Positions 27,114 through 39,702 of a stretch of DNA of 64,000 nt are shown here, piece by piece. Each line of letters starts with the position of its first letter. Position 1 is the first letter of the stretch. Source of the DNA: Octopus sinensis. Taxonomy: Eukaryota. A program made the translations under genes and the position numbers. The notes beneath the pieces were generated by a model that saw nothing but the letters and a program-made list of their open reading frames with translations, had not been told where the DNA came from and did no database searches. The stretch covers positions 23,994,001 through 24,058,000 of the forward strand of contig NC_043009.1 of assembly GCF_006345805.1 (NCBI RefSeq), in the 5' to 3' direction.

Positions 27114-27215
27114 TGGAACCGATCGTATTCTTGTTACACATTCGTCTATCATCTGTAACTGTCAAACTTCTGTCTCACTAGCGAGCGATTCTGTGTCGAA
27201 TTTTGAGAAGACGAA

Positions 27216-27313
27216 ATGAAAAGCGCAATGATTGTGATTAACGTAATCTTCTACTTCGCTGTAATGGTATGTCTGGCAAATGGTGCTGCCATAAAGTTGG
27301 AACCCAAAGATAA
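27216..27313 (+). CDS. Paralog g2 exon 1: signal peptide MKSAMIVINVIFYFAVMVCLANGAAIKLEPKD (donor choice uncertain)
   Basis: Close homologue of g3 exon 1. The ancestral donor position (27320) reads gcaagt and lies after an in-frame TAA (27315-27317). A GT donor at 27314 (AA|gtaaag) is phase 2. Confidence 0.7.
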
Positions 27314-27384
27314 GTAAAGGCAAGTGGTAATCTATTCTATACAGTATATCCATCCATCCGTACACACACACACATATGTATTAA

Positions 27385-27440
<56 letters not shown>

Positions 27441-27533
27441 ATATATATGTATATATACATATACTATATATGTATATGTATAGATATATAGTATATGTAT
27501 ATATATATATATATTATATATATTATATATATA

Positions 27534-27565
<32 letters not shown>

Positions 27566-27978
27566 ATATATATATATATATATACATACATACATACATA
27601 TACATATGTATATACTTATATATGTACATATATATATATACATAATATACATATACGTATATATATATATACATATACATATACATATATATATATACAT
27701 ATGCATATATATATATTTGTATGTGTAATTGATAATTGTTCCAAATTAATTAATTTCACCCTTCATTGTTACTCATAAACCATATTCATCCCAGTAAATG
27801 ACCACAGCACTTTGTCTTGGCTACACGCGGGTGGGAAGGGACTGGTGACACAAGCTTTCATTCATACTTTGAATTTGGTGATACTAGCTGTGGCTACTAG
27901 CTCGCTCTGATACTGAGTTGAGTTGGTGCCTTCTAGTATCTCAAAATTCAATATTCAATCATTCATGATTGTTAATAT

Positions 27979-28033
27979 CCTGCGCTTATGAAAGAAGAAG
28001 TCTGGGTTTGATCTCGAAACGTACGTCCGTAGG
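27979..28033 (+). ncRNA. Hammerhead motif, probably inactive (core CTTATGA, stem II deletion)
   Basis: cctgcg-CTTATGA-...-GAAAC-GTAC-GTC-cgtagg; tandem partner of 28522-28613. Confidence 0.55.
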
Positions 28034-28521
28034 TGACTTAAAACTGTATGATAGATTGCCGTTAATTCATTCTCTTTTACCTGTTTGTGGTTGCCTTTCA
28101 AATGCTGTGCTTTACTGTGATCTCCCTTTAGTAGAAGAAATAGCTATAATCTCTTTGACTGCTATTTCTAAATTCGGTGTGTGGTAAGGCAATTCGTGCT
28201 AAACCTTAATTGCTTAGTATTACTTAAATTTCCTCGAATGAGGCTTTTACATGCCGAAGACTACTTGGTGTAATGATAATTGTTCCAAATTAATTAATTT
28301 CACCCTTCATTGTTACTCATAAACCATATTATCCCAGTAAATGACCACAGCACTTTGTCTTGGCTACACGCGGGTGGGAAGGGACTGGTGACACAAGCTT
28401 TCATTCATACTTTGAATTTGGTGATACTAGCTGTGGCTTCTAGCTCGCTCTGATACTGAGTTGAGTTGGTGCCTTCTAGTATCTCAAAATTCAATATTCA
28501 ATCATTCATGATTGTTAGTAT

Positions 28522-28613
28522 CCTGCGCTGATGAAAGAAGAAGTCTGGGTAAAGTAGAGTTATCTAATTCTTATGCTTTCCTAAGACTTGATCTCGAAAC
28601 GTACGTCCGTAGG
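28522..28613 (+). ncRNA. Type I hammerhead ribozyme motif with extended stem II
   Basis: cctgcg-CTGATGA-aa-[long stem II including aagtct/agactt]-GAAAC-GTAC-GTC-cgtagg; 6-bp stem I, palindromic CGTACG stem III. Confidence 0.75.
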
Positions 28614-29129
28614 TGACTTAAAACTGTATGATAGATTGCCGTTATTCATTCTCTTTTACCTGTTTGTGTTTGCCTTTCAAATGCTGTGCCTTACTGTGAT
28701 CTCCCTTTAGTAGAGAAATAGCTATAATCTCTTGACTGCTATTCTAAATTCGGTGGGTGTGGTAAGGCAATTCGTTGCTAAACCCTTAATTGCTTAGTAT
28801 TTGTATATATATATATATATTTGTATATATATATATATATTATATATAATATATATATATAATATATATATATATATTATATATATATATATATATACAA
28901 CATATATATACATTACACATATATATTACTTTCTTCAACAAAATATTTAAAGGACATCTTTATATGACAGTCCGACTGTTTGCCAAGCAAATGCGAAGCA
29001 ATGATTGAAGTAAATGGTGAATATGCTCCGGAATAGCCATTTAAAGATGTTTTTGTTACATGTTGTTAGTGTTTTTGTTGAATAACATTTGTTGACAAAA
29101 CGCTGCAATAATTATGCATCAACCCAATA

Positions 29130-29159
<30 letters not shown>

Positions 29160-29160
<1 letters not shown>

Positions 29161-29426
29161 TGACAAGGGGGGGGGGCAAATACCCTGAAACGCGTCTGTA
29201 GCTGTCTGACTAGCAGTGTGAAGCGGCTGACCTCCCTTGTTCGAAGGTTCTAATGGACACAGTTTGTGTGTCATATAGCTATCATAAGGCGATGGCCTCA
29301 TGGAGCTAATCAGCGACAGCTTTTATCTTATATCTATAAGATTGCCATATTAATGTGGCGATAACAATTAATTTCCAGTAACGCTGTCGTAATCTCTTTT
29401 AGAGAGACTTAGTAATTTAAATTTTC

Positions 29427-29430
<4 letters not shown>
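29160..29430 (+). mobile_element. Diverged, 5'-truncated relative of the 58593-59311 HHR element
   Basis: Shares gaaacgcgtctgtagc, ccttgttc, ggcctcatggagctaat and ctcttttagagagacttagtaat in the opposite orientation; flanked by (TA)n. Confidence 0.7.
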
Positions 29431-29474
<44 letters not shown>

Positions 29475-29564
29475 ATATATATATATATATTATATATATA
29501 TATATATATGTAATATGTATGTATGTGTATAAAGATATGTATGTATAGTCATATATATATACAT

Positions 29565-29830
29565 ATATTGTTATATTCGGAATGGTCATATTGCCAGTTT
29601 AGCCAATAAAAACGCACGCCACTATATATTTGGTGTTATTTTGCTTCAGTGATATTTATTTTTTACATTAATCTTAATCTTATTTCGGCCAAAGTTCTTT
29701 CGTCACACTCCTGTGACCGCATCAGTGGTCCTTTGTTTTCTTCTCACTTACTTGTGTCTCTCCTTACTAACCGTCAGCCATTTTGTATTGGCTAAACTGG
29801 CAATATGACCATTCCGAAATATAACAATAT
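29565..29830. mobile_element. Small element with ~45-bp inverted ends and a degenerate internal HHR-like motif (minus strand, ~29687-29731)
   Basis: Ends atattgttatattcggaatggtcatattgccagtttagccaata and its reverse complement; CTGATGC-g-gtcac/gtgac-GAAA. Confidence 0.55.
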
Positions 29831-29963
29831 CTGTTTCAACACACGACTTCACATAAAAAATCTTGCACAACAAATATTTAAACGTATATATATATATATA
29901 TATACGCATGATATATCGCCGTACTTGAATAGTTAATTCTCTTTTTTTATATTAAATTTACAG

Positions 29964-30176
29964 GTGATAGTACTTATGAAAGAGTTCTTGTAGAGAAACT
30001 GATGGAAAAGATTCAGTTTGATCGAATGCTCGAGAATAATGATATCGAACCTCAGAATGAAATACTGGTCACTGAACTTGCTGAAAATCGTGATTTGCAA
30101 AATCTTGAACATATGAGATGTTCTTGGAATCAGAATATTGGGCAATGCTGTGCTAGTCTGTTTAAACTCCCTCGAT
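29964..30176 (+). CDS. Paralog g2 exon 2: acidic pro-region plus MRCSWNQNIGQCCASLFKLPR (alternative acceptor would start at 29971)
   Basis: tttacag| acceptor, CGA T|gtaagt donor, 213 nt open frame, clearly homologous to g3 exon 2. Confidence 0.85.
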
Positions 30177-30724
30177 GTAAGTATTGTTTGTTTATTTGCC
30201 CTTCTTTCAATTTATTTGAAATATATAAATTCAGTGTGTGGAAAAGATCGTCAGTTTTAACGATAAGTTATAACTGTTTGGTAATGTAAAACTCAAAAGA
30301 CAGAATGACTAAAATCTCACGGTAAATTGCCAGTGTTGGTACAGCGACGGATGTAAAGCCTCGTGATATTTGTTTTCCAACTCTGAGTTCTGAGTTCAAA
30401 TCGCACCCAAGATCAAATTTGCCTTTCGACCTTTCGTGGTTGACCAATCCACGGCGGTCTATTGATGGAACAGAAAATATATCACAGCAGATACCTAATG
30501 TTATATGTTCCATACCTTTGCGTTCTGAGTTCAACTCCGGCCATGGCCTAATTGTAGCCTACGTAATTAATAGAGGAGTCAAACGTGAGCTACTTCAACT
30601 TTCATGCGCAGATAGTGCAATAAGATGGGCTGTACGGCAAAGCGTGAAGTGATCTGTCAATTTTCAGTTTCAGATTCAAGTAGCTAACGTTAATTTCTGT
30701 AATCAACAAATATATATATATAGA

Positions 30725-30767
<43 letters not shown>

Positions 30768-30900
30768 GTGTCTATCTGTCTCACTCTCTCACTGTCTCTC
30801 TCGCTCACTGTCTTTATATATACATATATATTTTTTAATATATAAAACAGTGTTTGGGTGTGTGCGTGCGTGCGTGCGTACGTGTTTGTGTGTGTGTGCG

Positions 30901-30940
<40 letters not shown>

Positions 30941-32133
30941 CGTATGTTTCTTATGGATTGGAAGAGAGTTGCTGATTTTGAAGTATAAGGTAGCAAAAGA
31001 TTCAGTAATCTTTCAGCTACCAAACATAGTATATTTTTTGCTCAACACTTTTTTACTACAAAAGTAGCCTTGAAAATATGGTCGGGTCCCACTATTTTAA
31101 GGTCTTTAGCTAAGGGAGGCTGAACAATATTCATGTATTAGACAAACCATAATGAGAAAATGCTTAGAATACAAGTTTAAAATACATGTTTAAAAAGTTT
31201 TACCAGGGAATGAAACTTCAAAGATATAGTGTCAACTTTAATAGTATTATTTAGTAGATAATATTTTAATGTGAAGTATGTTTGTCGGTTTTTTGTTTTG
31301 CCTAGAGTTGCCTCTGATGTAGCAGACCCATCACATAGTTATTTTTTTCTTCCTGAAATACTGTAAATTTGTGTCCTTCTTTCGATGAAAGGGTGTGTTT
31401 AAAGAGTGATTTGGGTGCAATTTGTGGTAGTTGAAGTCACCATAAACACGCCTGTGTGTGTGTGTGTGTGTGTGTGTATTTTCTTGTGGTGCAAAAAAAA
31501 AAACATTTTCTCAAAATACTTTGCAAAGTAATTTTATGAGAAATCGGGACATCTTTCTTACTACTAACCATTCAACTTCAAGTTACAATTGTTAATTGTT
31601 GGAAGTCAAGTAGAGTGAGATGGCAGAAACGTTAGCACGCCGGGCGAAATGCTTAGCCGTATTTCGTCTGTCGTTACGTTCTGTGTTCAAATTCCTCCGA
31701 GATCAACTTTGCCCTTCATCCCTTCGGGGGCGATAAATAAAGTATCAGTTTCGCACTGGGGGCGATATAATCGACTCAATCCCTTCGTCTGTCCTTGTTT
31801 GTTCCCTCTATGTTTTGCTCCTTGTGGCAGTAAAGAAATATATATACACACATATATATATATATAATATATATATATATTATATAATATGTGTGTGTTG
31901 TGTGGTGTGTGTGTGTATATATATTATAATATATATATATATATATATACAGAGAGAGAGAGAGAATAATGGTTTGTTGCCAACTTAATGAAGCAGTCCC
32001 AGGAAACGGACGAATGTTACTGTTATTTAGTCCCATGAAACGGCGTTTCTAATTGGCTACGTGACGCAAGCGTTATGTGTCCTTAAGTTTTCAAACAGAA
32101 GAGATAAGCTCCTCCACCCAGCAAAGCCAGCAT

Positions 32134-32173
32134 CCAGAGACTAGTTTCAGAGCTTTGCACTTCGCCAGTCTGG
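32134..32173 (-). ncRNA. Hammerhead motif (core CTGGCGA variant)
   Basis: Minus strand ccaga-CTGGCGA-agtgc(aaa)gctct-GAAAC-TA-GTC-tctgg. Confidence 0.6.
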
Positions 32174-32482
32174 AGAAGCTTGGCCTTGCTAGCTGACAAT
32201 CTGCTGTTGAATTCTTATACTATTACAAGTGAATTACATTCGCTGATCTACATAAATAGAAATGTTACACTTCTAAATCTCTCACAGAGTGTTATGCTGC
32301 AACAACTCGATAAAGTGATGGCATGTTGGCAACTTAATGTGACAGTCCCAGGAAAGGGAAGAATGCTACTGTTGTTTAGCCTCAAGAAACGCCGTTTATA
32401 GTTCGCTAAGCGGCACAAACGTTCTGTGTCCTTATGTTTTCAAAGAGGGGAGATAAGCAACTCCACCCAGCATAGCCAGCAT

Positions 32483-32523
32483 CCAGCGAGTAGTTTCAGG
32501 GTTATTGCACTTCATCAGACTGG
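32483..32523 (-). ncRNA. Hammerhead motif (canonical core, mutated cleavage triplet)
   Basis: Minus strand ccagt-CTGATGA-agtgcaataaccct-GAAAC-TA-CTC-gctgg; about 350 nt from the previous copy. Confidence 0.55.
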
Positions 32524-32525
32524 AC

Positions 32526-32613
<88 letters not shown>

Positions 32614-32719
32614 ACACACACGCTTTGTGGTTTTCTCTCTATCAATATTGACTTTACTCACTAAACAGATCGAATGTTGTTCTTCTTGTTGAAGCCATAT
32701 AACATAATAATATACATAC

Positions 32720-32817
<98 letters not shown>

Positions 32818-32892
32818 TACAGAGAGGGAAGGAGTGTGTATGTGTGTGTGTGAGAGAGAGAGAGAGACAAAGAGAGACAAAGAGAGAGAGAG

Positions 32893-33122
32893 TCGGCGAG
32901 CTGGAAGAATGGTTAGCACGCCGGGCGAAACGCTTAGCGGTATTTCGTCTGCCGTTACGTTCTGAGTTCAAATTCCGCCGAGGTCGACTTTGCCTTTCAT
33001 CTGTTCGGGGTCGATAAATTAAGTACCTGTTACGCATTGGGGTCGATGTAATCGACTTAATCCGTTTGTCTGTCCTTGTTTGTCCTTTCTGTGTTTAGCC
33101 TCTTGAGGGCAATAAAGAAATC
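32893..33122 (+). mobile_element. Second Octopus-type SINE family (ggcgagctggcagaa...gagttcaaattccgccgaggtcgac), representative copy
   Basis: A/B-box-like head. Other copies at ~7797-8000, 8098-8290, 12165-12380, 31610-31830, 34360-34615(-), 41625-41830(-), 51960-52170. Confidence 0.85.
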
Positions 33123-33236
33123 AGAAAGAGAGAGACAGATAGATAGATCGATATATAGATAGATAAATAGATAGATAGATAGATAGATAGAGAGAGAGAT
33201 AGATAGAGAGAGAGATAAATAGACAGATAGATAGAT

Positions 33237-33289
<53 letters not shown>

Positions 33290-33678
33290 ATAGATAGATA
33301 GATAGATAGAAGAGAGAGAGAGAGAGAGAGAGAACAGAGAGACAGAGTGAAGGCGCGTGGCTCAGTGGTTAGATCATCGAGCTTACGATCGTGAGGTTGT
33401 GAGCTCGAATCCCGGAACGGGCTGCGTGTTGTGTTCTTGAGCAAGACACTTTATTTCACGTTGCTCCAGTTCACTCAGCTGTAGAAATGAGTTGCGACGT
33501 CACAGGTGCCACGCTGTATCGGCCCTTGCCTTTCCCTTGGAGAACACTGGTGGCGTGGAGAGAGGAGACCGGTATGCATGGGCGACTGCTGGTCTTCCAT
33601 AAAACAACCTTGCCCAGACTTGTGCCTCAGAGGGTAACTCTCTAGGTGCAAACCCATGGTCAGTGTCTGACCGAAGGG

Positions 33679-33734
<56 letters not shown>

Positions 33735-34976
33735 TAGATAGATAGATAGATAGAAAACGGTCATAAATCAAATAATGTCAGTTTGAACAAAATACTTTCC
33801 ACCGATATTTTAGTGAGGCAGTTCAGAGCTGGAGCAATCTGAAGATAGAGGTTTGCTAAAGTTATTATCAGTTCCATTGTAAACGCTGAAAGAGAAAATA
33901 AGCTTCTGCGTGCTATTAAGAAAATATTGTTTTTATTTTATCTTTTAGTTTTTGTGTTGTAAAGTGGGGTAACTCTGGTAAGTAATCAGCAAGTTACCTC
34001 CCTTGATATTTTAGTTTTCATTATACCGGCCATATGCCGTAAAGCTACGAAAGCGTCATTGAAACGAAAGTGCGAAGGAAAACTAGACTGGTAAAAAGAA
34101 AGAAACAGACAGGTAGAAAGGGAAAGAGTAATAAATTATCGGAACAATTATCAGAATGCGATCAAGAGTAATAATAACAATAGCAGCAACAACTATAATA
34201 ACAATAGTTTCAAATTTTGCCACAAGGGCAGCATTATGAGTGAGGGGATGAGTGGATTACATCGATTCCAGTATTTCACTAGTACTCAATTTATCGATCC
34301 TGATATGATGGAATGCAAAGTCAACTTCGGCGGAATTTGAACTCTGAACGCTGCAGCAGAGGAAAAACCAATTTCTTTACTACCCACAGGGGGCTAAACA
34401 CAGAAGGGACAAACAAGCACAGACAAGCGGATTAAGCCGATTAAATCGACTCCAGTGCGTAACTAGTACTTATTTAATCGACTCCGAAAGGATGAAAGGC
34501 AAAGTCGACCTCGACGGAATTTGAACTCAGAACGTACCGGCAGATGAAATACGGCTACGCATTTCGCTCGGCGTGCTAACGGTTCTGCCAGCTCGCCGCC
34601 TTTGCCAGTTTGCCGCCTAAAGAAAGAAGCACTCCGTCGGTTACGGCGACGAGGGTCCCAGTTGATACGATCAACGGAACAACTTGCTCGTGAACTTAAC
34701 GTGCAAGTGGCTGAGTACTCCACAGACACGTGTATCCTTAACGTATTTCTGGTGTTGATTCAGCATGACACACAGTGTGACAAGGCCGGCCTTTTGAAAT
34801 ACAGGTACGATTCATTTTTGCCAGCTGAATGGACTGAAGCAACGTGAAATAAAGTGTCTTGCTCAAGGATACAATGCGTCGCCGGGAATTGAACTCACGA
34901 CCTAACAATCTCAAACCGAATGTCCTAACCACTAAGTCACGCGCCTTCACTCGCCGCCGAAACGACAACAATAACA

Positions 34977-36130
34977 ATGATAATAATAAAACTCAAGAAG
35001 TGTAGAATAATGTACTTTGAAAGAGGCAACCTACAGTCCCTAGCAGGGTTAGAATTACCTAATAGAGAACTGATTAAAGAAACTGAAATGGAAGGCTACA
35101 AATATCTTGGCATTCTAGACTTCAATGTGATAATGGAGAAAGAAAGGAAAGAGCAACTAATGATGGAATATTTCCGAAGACTAAGATTGGCGTTGCGCTC
35201 AGAATTGATTGGATGGAATAAAATCCAAGCATTAATACATGGGCGATGATAGCATCACTTCGGTATGGAGCTGGAATCATAAGATGATTCCTGATGAACA
35301 TGGATACGAAGATAAGAAAAATGTTGGCAGTGCACGGAGCCTTCCATCCTAAGAGTGACACTAATAGGCTGTAGCTGTCCAGAAGAAACGGTGGGAAAGG
35401 TTTAATAAGTTGCGAGGATAATGTTGAAGCAGAGGAAAGCAGCTTAGGGTGGTATGTAAAATATATTGTGGAACGAGTGTTGAAACATGTGAAGAAGGCC
35501 GGCGTCTTTGATAATTGTATAGAGAACGAAAGATTTAAAGAAAATAAAGGCATAAAAAAAGTAACAGTATGGAAGGAGAAAATGTACGGTCAGTTTGCAA
35601 GAGATACGAACGCCAAGACAGATACAGAAGATCTGCGTCAATGGATGAGGATATCTATGGATGATAGATATAGAATCATTTATGTGCGCAGCACAAGAAC
35701 AAGCGTTACGGACTGTCTATGTGAAGTGCAGAATCAACAACACTACCGACAACAGCAAATTCAGAATGTGTGGTGAGAGGGGTGAAATGATATCGCACAC
35801 CATTAGCGAATGCCCGAAATTGGTACAAGGCTAATATAAAAGACGACATAACAATGTGGCAAATACGGTCCATTGGAAGCTCTGTAGAAATCGCGGCCTA
35901 CAAACAACAAAGAAAAACTTCAGTAGAATTCAATGAGAATGAAGACTGCAAAACCATGTGGGATGCAATGGTTCAGTGCGATCACTGGGCCGGACATCGG
36001 AAAGAGGACATTGTTGTGGTGAATAAAAAAGAAAGGACATTCATGTCCTGGTAACAACACAATCAAAGTTAAAGAAGAAAAACAACTGTTACGGTTTGAA
36101 GTGGAAAATATGACGGTTGTGGTCAATGAG
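34977..36130 (+). mobile_element. Degraded R4-like LINE fragment
   Basis: GYKYLGILD, MHGAFHPKSD-like segment, CRMCGERGEMISHTISEC knuckle; many stops and frameshifts. Confidence 0.75.
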
Positions 36131-36149
36131 GGGAGGCGACGAGATACTA

Positions 36150-37090
36150 AGAGTAAAAATCACACTTGGATGCATCAGCACTAAAAAACCAAACATGACT
36201 CAAAAAGATTGGTATAAATGTGGGGACGCTGGCAACGGGTAGTGTCAGAGCTATGCCGTCGGGAACTTCGGTTCCTGGTAGGGCCACCCTAGGCGGATTG
36301 GTCTGACACCGAGTGGTATTAGGGCTACAACCTGGCAGATGGGGCTCTGGTGAAAATCCTCGGAGTGTCTGTTTCGGCAACCGTCGGTTCCTCGGTCGTT
36401 CTGCCCCTGCGTCTGCGGACAATCTGCGGCAAACAGGATGTCTCTACATGCGGGATTGTTGGGGACAGCTTGTGAAATCCACATATTCCCACGAAACTTC
36501 TTCCATGAACTCTCAATTCTGGCTCGCTATCTCCAGTGAACTGGCGCAGGACCGTCGTGCGTGGGCTGCCATGTTTCGAGATGCCTCGAGGGTGGTAGAA
36601 GAAGCCGACTCAACCCGCCAAGGGTGAATGTTGCCACAAGTACAAGTAAGTAAGTGGAGAATACCTACAAAAATTTGCATTGCTTGGAATTGCAAGAATT
36701 CTTCGCAGGGTTTTTGAAGCATGACCAGCAAGTAAGTGTCACCTTAGTCTTCTGGCTGTGTACAGCTGACACATTTCATCATACCAAGCAAAATAAACTG
36801 AGAGATTTCATCATATACTAATAAGAAGTGCTGTACGGTAGAAGCACTAAAATATGAAATTGCACGAATGCGGGCCGTGAACAGAGTAACTGACATCCCA
36901 GTTGTTGGAGAGGCATTGGGAGTATTATCAATTTGAGCAATTTGTTGGAGAAAGTGAATTGACGAGATGAGGGTAGGACATGTTCAGAAAACTGCACTAT
37001 TGGGTACAGCGTTGATTTTGAGATTTTTACTTGAATGATAAATATCGTGAAAAGAAACACTGACAAGAGGTTGTCGTCTGCTCTTAAAAG
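36150..37090 (+). mobile_element. Mixed LINE fragments (RTE-like 3' end LAQDRRAW; R4-like RLE end)
   Basis: Short motif similarity only. Confidence 0.4.
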
Positions 37091-37200
37091 CTTAGCCGCA
37101 CCAGCTGAAATGAATGTCTCTGAGGAGTGAAATGATATTAATAATATTAATCTCGATTAAGGAAAAAAATATAATGAGAATGATTATTTTTCTTTTTCAG

Positions 37201-37284
37201 TATGTTTTCGAATGAAAATTTTAAACAAAGCGTTGCAGTTCTCATTAAGAGTAGGTGGTCATGTGATTCTGAGGACAACTTTCC
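37201..37284 (+). CDS. Paralog g2 exon 3 (LCFRMKILNKALQFSLRVGGHVILRTTF)
   Basis: tttttcag| acceptor, TTC C|gtgagt donor, 84 nt, phase 1-1. Confidence 0.85.
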
Positions 37285-37318
37285 GTGAGTATATTGTATT
37301 ATTAACACATGTGATATA

Positions 37319-37472
<154 letters not shown>

Positions 37473-37876
37473 GGTGGCACGTTGTATCATTGAGCACGAC
37501 ACTTTATTTCAATGTTGTTCCAGTCCTCTCAGTTGGCAAAAATGAGTTGTACCTGTGTTTCAAAGGGCCAGCCTAATCACATTCTGTGTCACACTGAATC
37601 TCCCTGGGAACTACGTCAAGGCTATGCGTGTTTGTAGAGTCCTCAGACATATGCACGCTAATTTCACGAGCAGAACGATCTGTTTATCGGTCAATCTGGA
37701 ACCCCTGCCGTCGTAACCGACGGAGTGCCACTAGATTTTTCTGAAAACAACTTGCAGACGCAAGTGCTACTAGTTTAATTCTCCTTATACTGGATGCTAG
37801 CAAGTTCATGGCATTATCAGGAAAGAAATCGCGCCGTTTCGAGGCATTCTTCTCGACGGCATCATTGCGCACCGCC

Positions 37877-37935
37877 TCCACCACCACCACCACCACCACC
37901 ACCACCACCACCACCACCACCACCACCACCACCAC
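37877..37935. repeat. (CCA)n microsatellite
   Basis: Direct reading; it explains the poly-Pro and poly-Val pseudo-ORFs. Confidence 0.9.
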
Positions 37936-38901
37936 TCCTCACTGAAGCGAAGCCCCACTTGCTAGATCAACGGATTATTAGGTTTTGCTCAATATTCCTC
38001 CAGCCATTGCTCATCGTCTCTTTTTAACCAAATCTATGTATATGTATATGTATGTTGGTGTGTATATAAATAAATAAAAGCGCCAACTCTGCTAATTTAG
38101 AGCAGCTTATGAATCGCATAAACAATAGCAAAATTTCAATAACCCACCTACTAGATCTAACGAGCATTTGTATCTAAACACCACCCAAGAGGATGTAAAC
38201 CGCAATGATAAACATATTACTATTGTTTATGCAATGCTTAAGCTGGTCTAAATTAGCAGAGTTGGCGTAGGATACCTTTACGGTATGTCGATTAAAAATA
38301 GTATGATGCCAAGGAAGGAGATGTAAACTGCAATGATAAGCACCAATTACGACCAATTTGTAGTACTAGAAATACTTATGATACAGCTAACACGGTAACA
38401 ACGCCGGTAAATGGAGTCGGGACTGCCTTATATACAAATAAATACGATAGATGCTCATGCAGAGAAAAATAAAAATGTCCGTTGATGAATCTCTGTATGA
38501 GTACGACTACGACCGATCTGTATTGTAGAAATACTTATGATACAGCGAACACGGTAAAAACATCAGTAAATGGATTCGGGACTGCCATCTGCGATTTTAG
38601 TTTTGATTTTCTATTTAAATGAAGATATTTCCTCCATCTGGGTGCTTTTCTTTCTACAAAAGGTTACAGTGCGGAACAGTCATTTTAGTGAGTTATATTT
38701 ATCACGCGACAAGATACATCTGTACCAACGGATGCTCCTGAAACAGTTGTCGAGTGTCCTACCCATGAGGAATCGATGCTAGACGTGTCGAAACAATTGC
38801 TGTGATTAATAATAATTTCTCGTATATTCCATATTCTGTTTCATTTGCCATATACCTAACGATCACTGCGAAAGTGACCGTGCTTTACCAGTAAACTACT
38901 T

Positions 38902-38973
<72 letters not shown>

Positions 38974-39198
38974 AAGGAAAATGAAAGCAAACCCAAGGCA
39001 GGAGAATTTTATCAGATCATTTTGAATATTATAATTACAATAAAGGTGAATGAAAGTTAGAAAAAGTAATGAAAAGCAGAAGTAAATAGAAGTACTGCCT
39101 TGGTTTTGTTTTCTTTTTCCTTTAGTACACACACAAACACACACACACATATATTACATATAATAATTTAGCTGTTATTACTCTTTTCATATTTTCAG

Positions 39199-39551
39199 GA
39201 GGAACATTTACTAAAACTTTCGGTTTCCATTTGGGATTTGCTACAATTTCATTTACATTGGCGGTGGAAACTTTAACCCCCCAGGAATTTAAAGCGTGCT
39301 TCCGTATAGACTACAGGGTTTTCCTTTTTCATCTCACAACTAATCTCGGTTGTATCCACAAATATTTTCATTCCAATGAAATTAGCTCTCTGGACAGTAT
39401 AGAAGATTGGAATATAAATGATAAAGTTTCTTTTGGGACACAAGTGTTTGGAGCTGACAAGCCTAAGAGACTGGAATACGTTGGCGAAATGAACGAAAAT
39501 GAAAATTCTCTTATTTGGCCCAAAGACGCCGAGAAGCAGCGAGCGAATTGA
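39199..39551 (+). CDS. Paralog g2 exon 4 (RGTFTKTFGFHLGF...KACFRIDYRVFLFHLTTNLGC...WPKDAEKQRAN*)
   Basis: ttttcag| acceptor, phase 1 joins the provided ORF 39231..39551; homologous to exon 4 of g1/g3. Confidence 0.85.
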
Positions 39552-39696
39552 AATATAGTAGTTTCGTTCCTTTGTAAACGGTTCTATAATAAAATAATAA
39601 TAAAATACTAATATAGATACATATAAAGCAAAAAAAAAAAACCGGTATAAATTTAGGGAATAATGCATGAGACTTTTTGGAAACCATTTTGTCTTT

Positions 39697-39702
39697 AATA
39701 AA
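39697..39702 (+). terminator. g2 candidate polyadenylation signal AATAAA
   Basis: Same context as in g1/g3, followed by the conserved T-rich block. Confidence 0.55.

Larger units (their letters stand above)
27723..28801 (+). mobile_element. Partial-tandem HHR element (PLE pLTR/retrozyme-like), unit ~545-580 nt
   Basis: Direct repeat offset of 544 nt at the unit start (27731/28275); flanked by (TA)n; two HHRs. Confidence 0.8.
31965..32525 (-). mobile_element. Old diverged tandem HHR element, period ~350 nt
   Basis: Diverged direct repeat (cagtcccaggaa..., ctccacccagca.agccagcatccag) with two HHR motifs; abuts (TA)n. Confidence 0.65.

Noticed and set aside
38700-38800. GAAAC-AGTT-GTC and GAAAC-AATT-GCT half-motifs; also GAAAC-AGCT-GTT near 21606 and GAAAC-caggtg-GTC near 48250
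   Set aside because: No matching core or stems could be built by eye.
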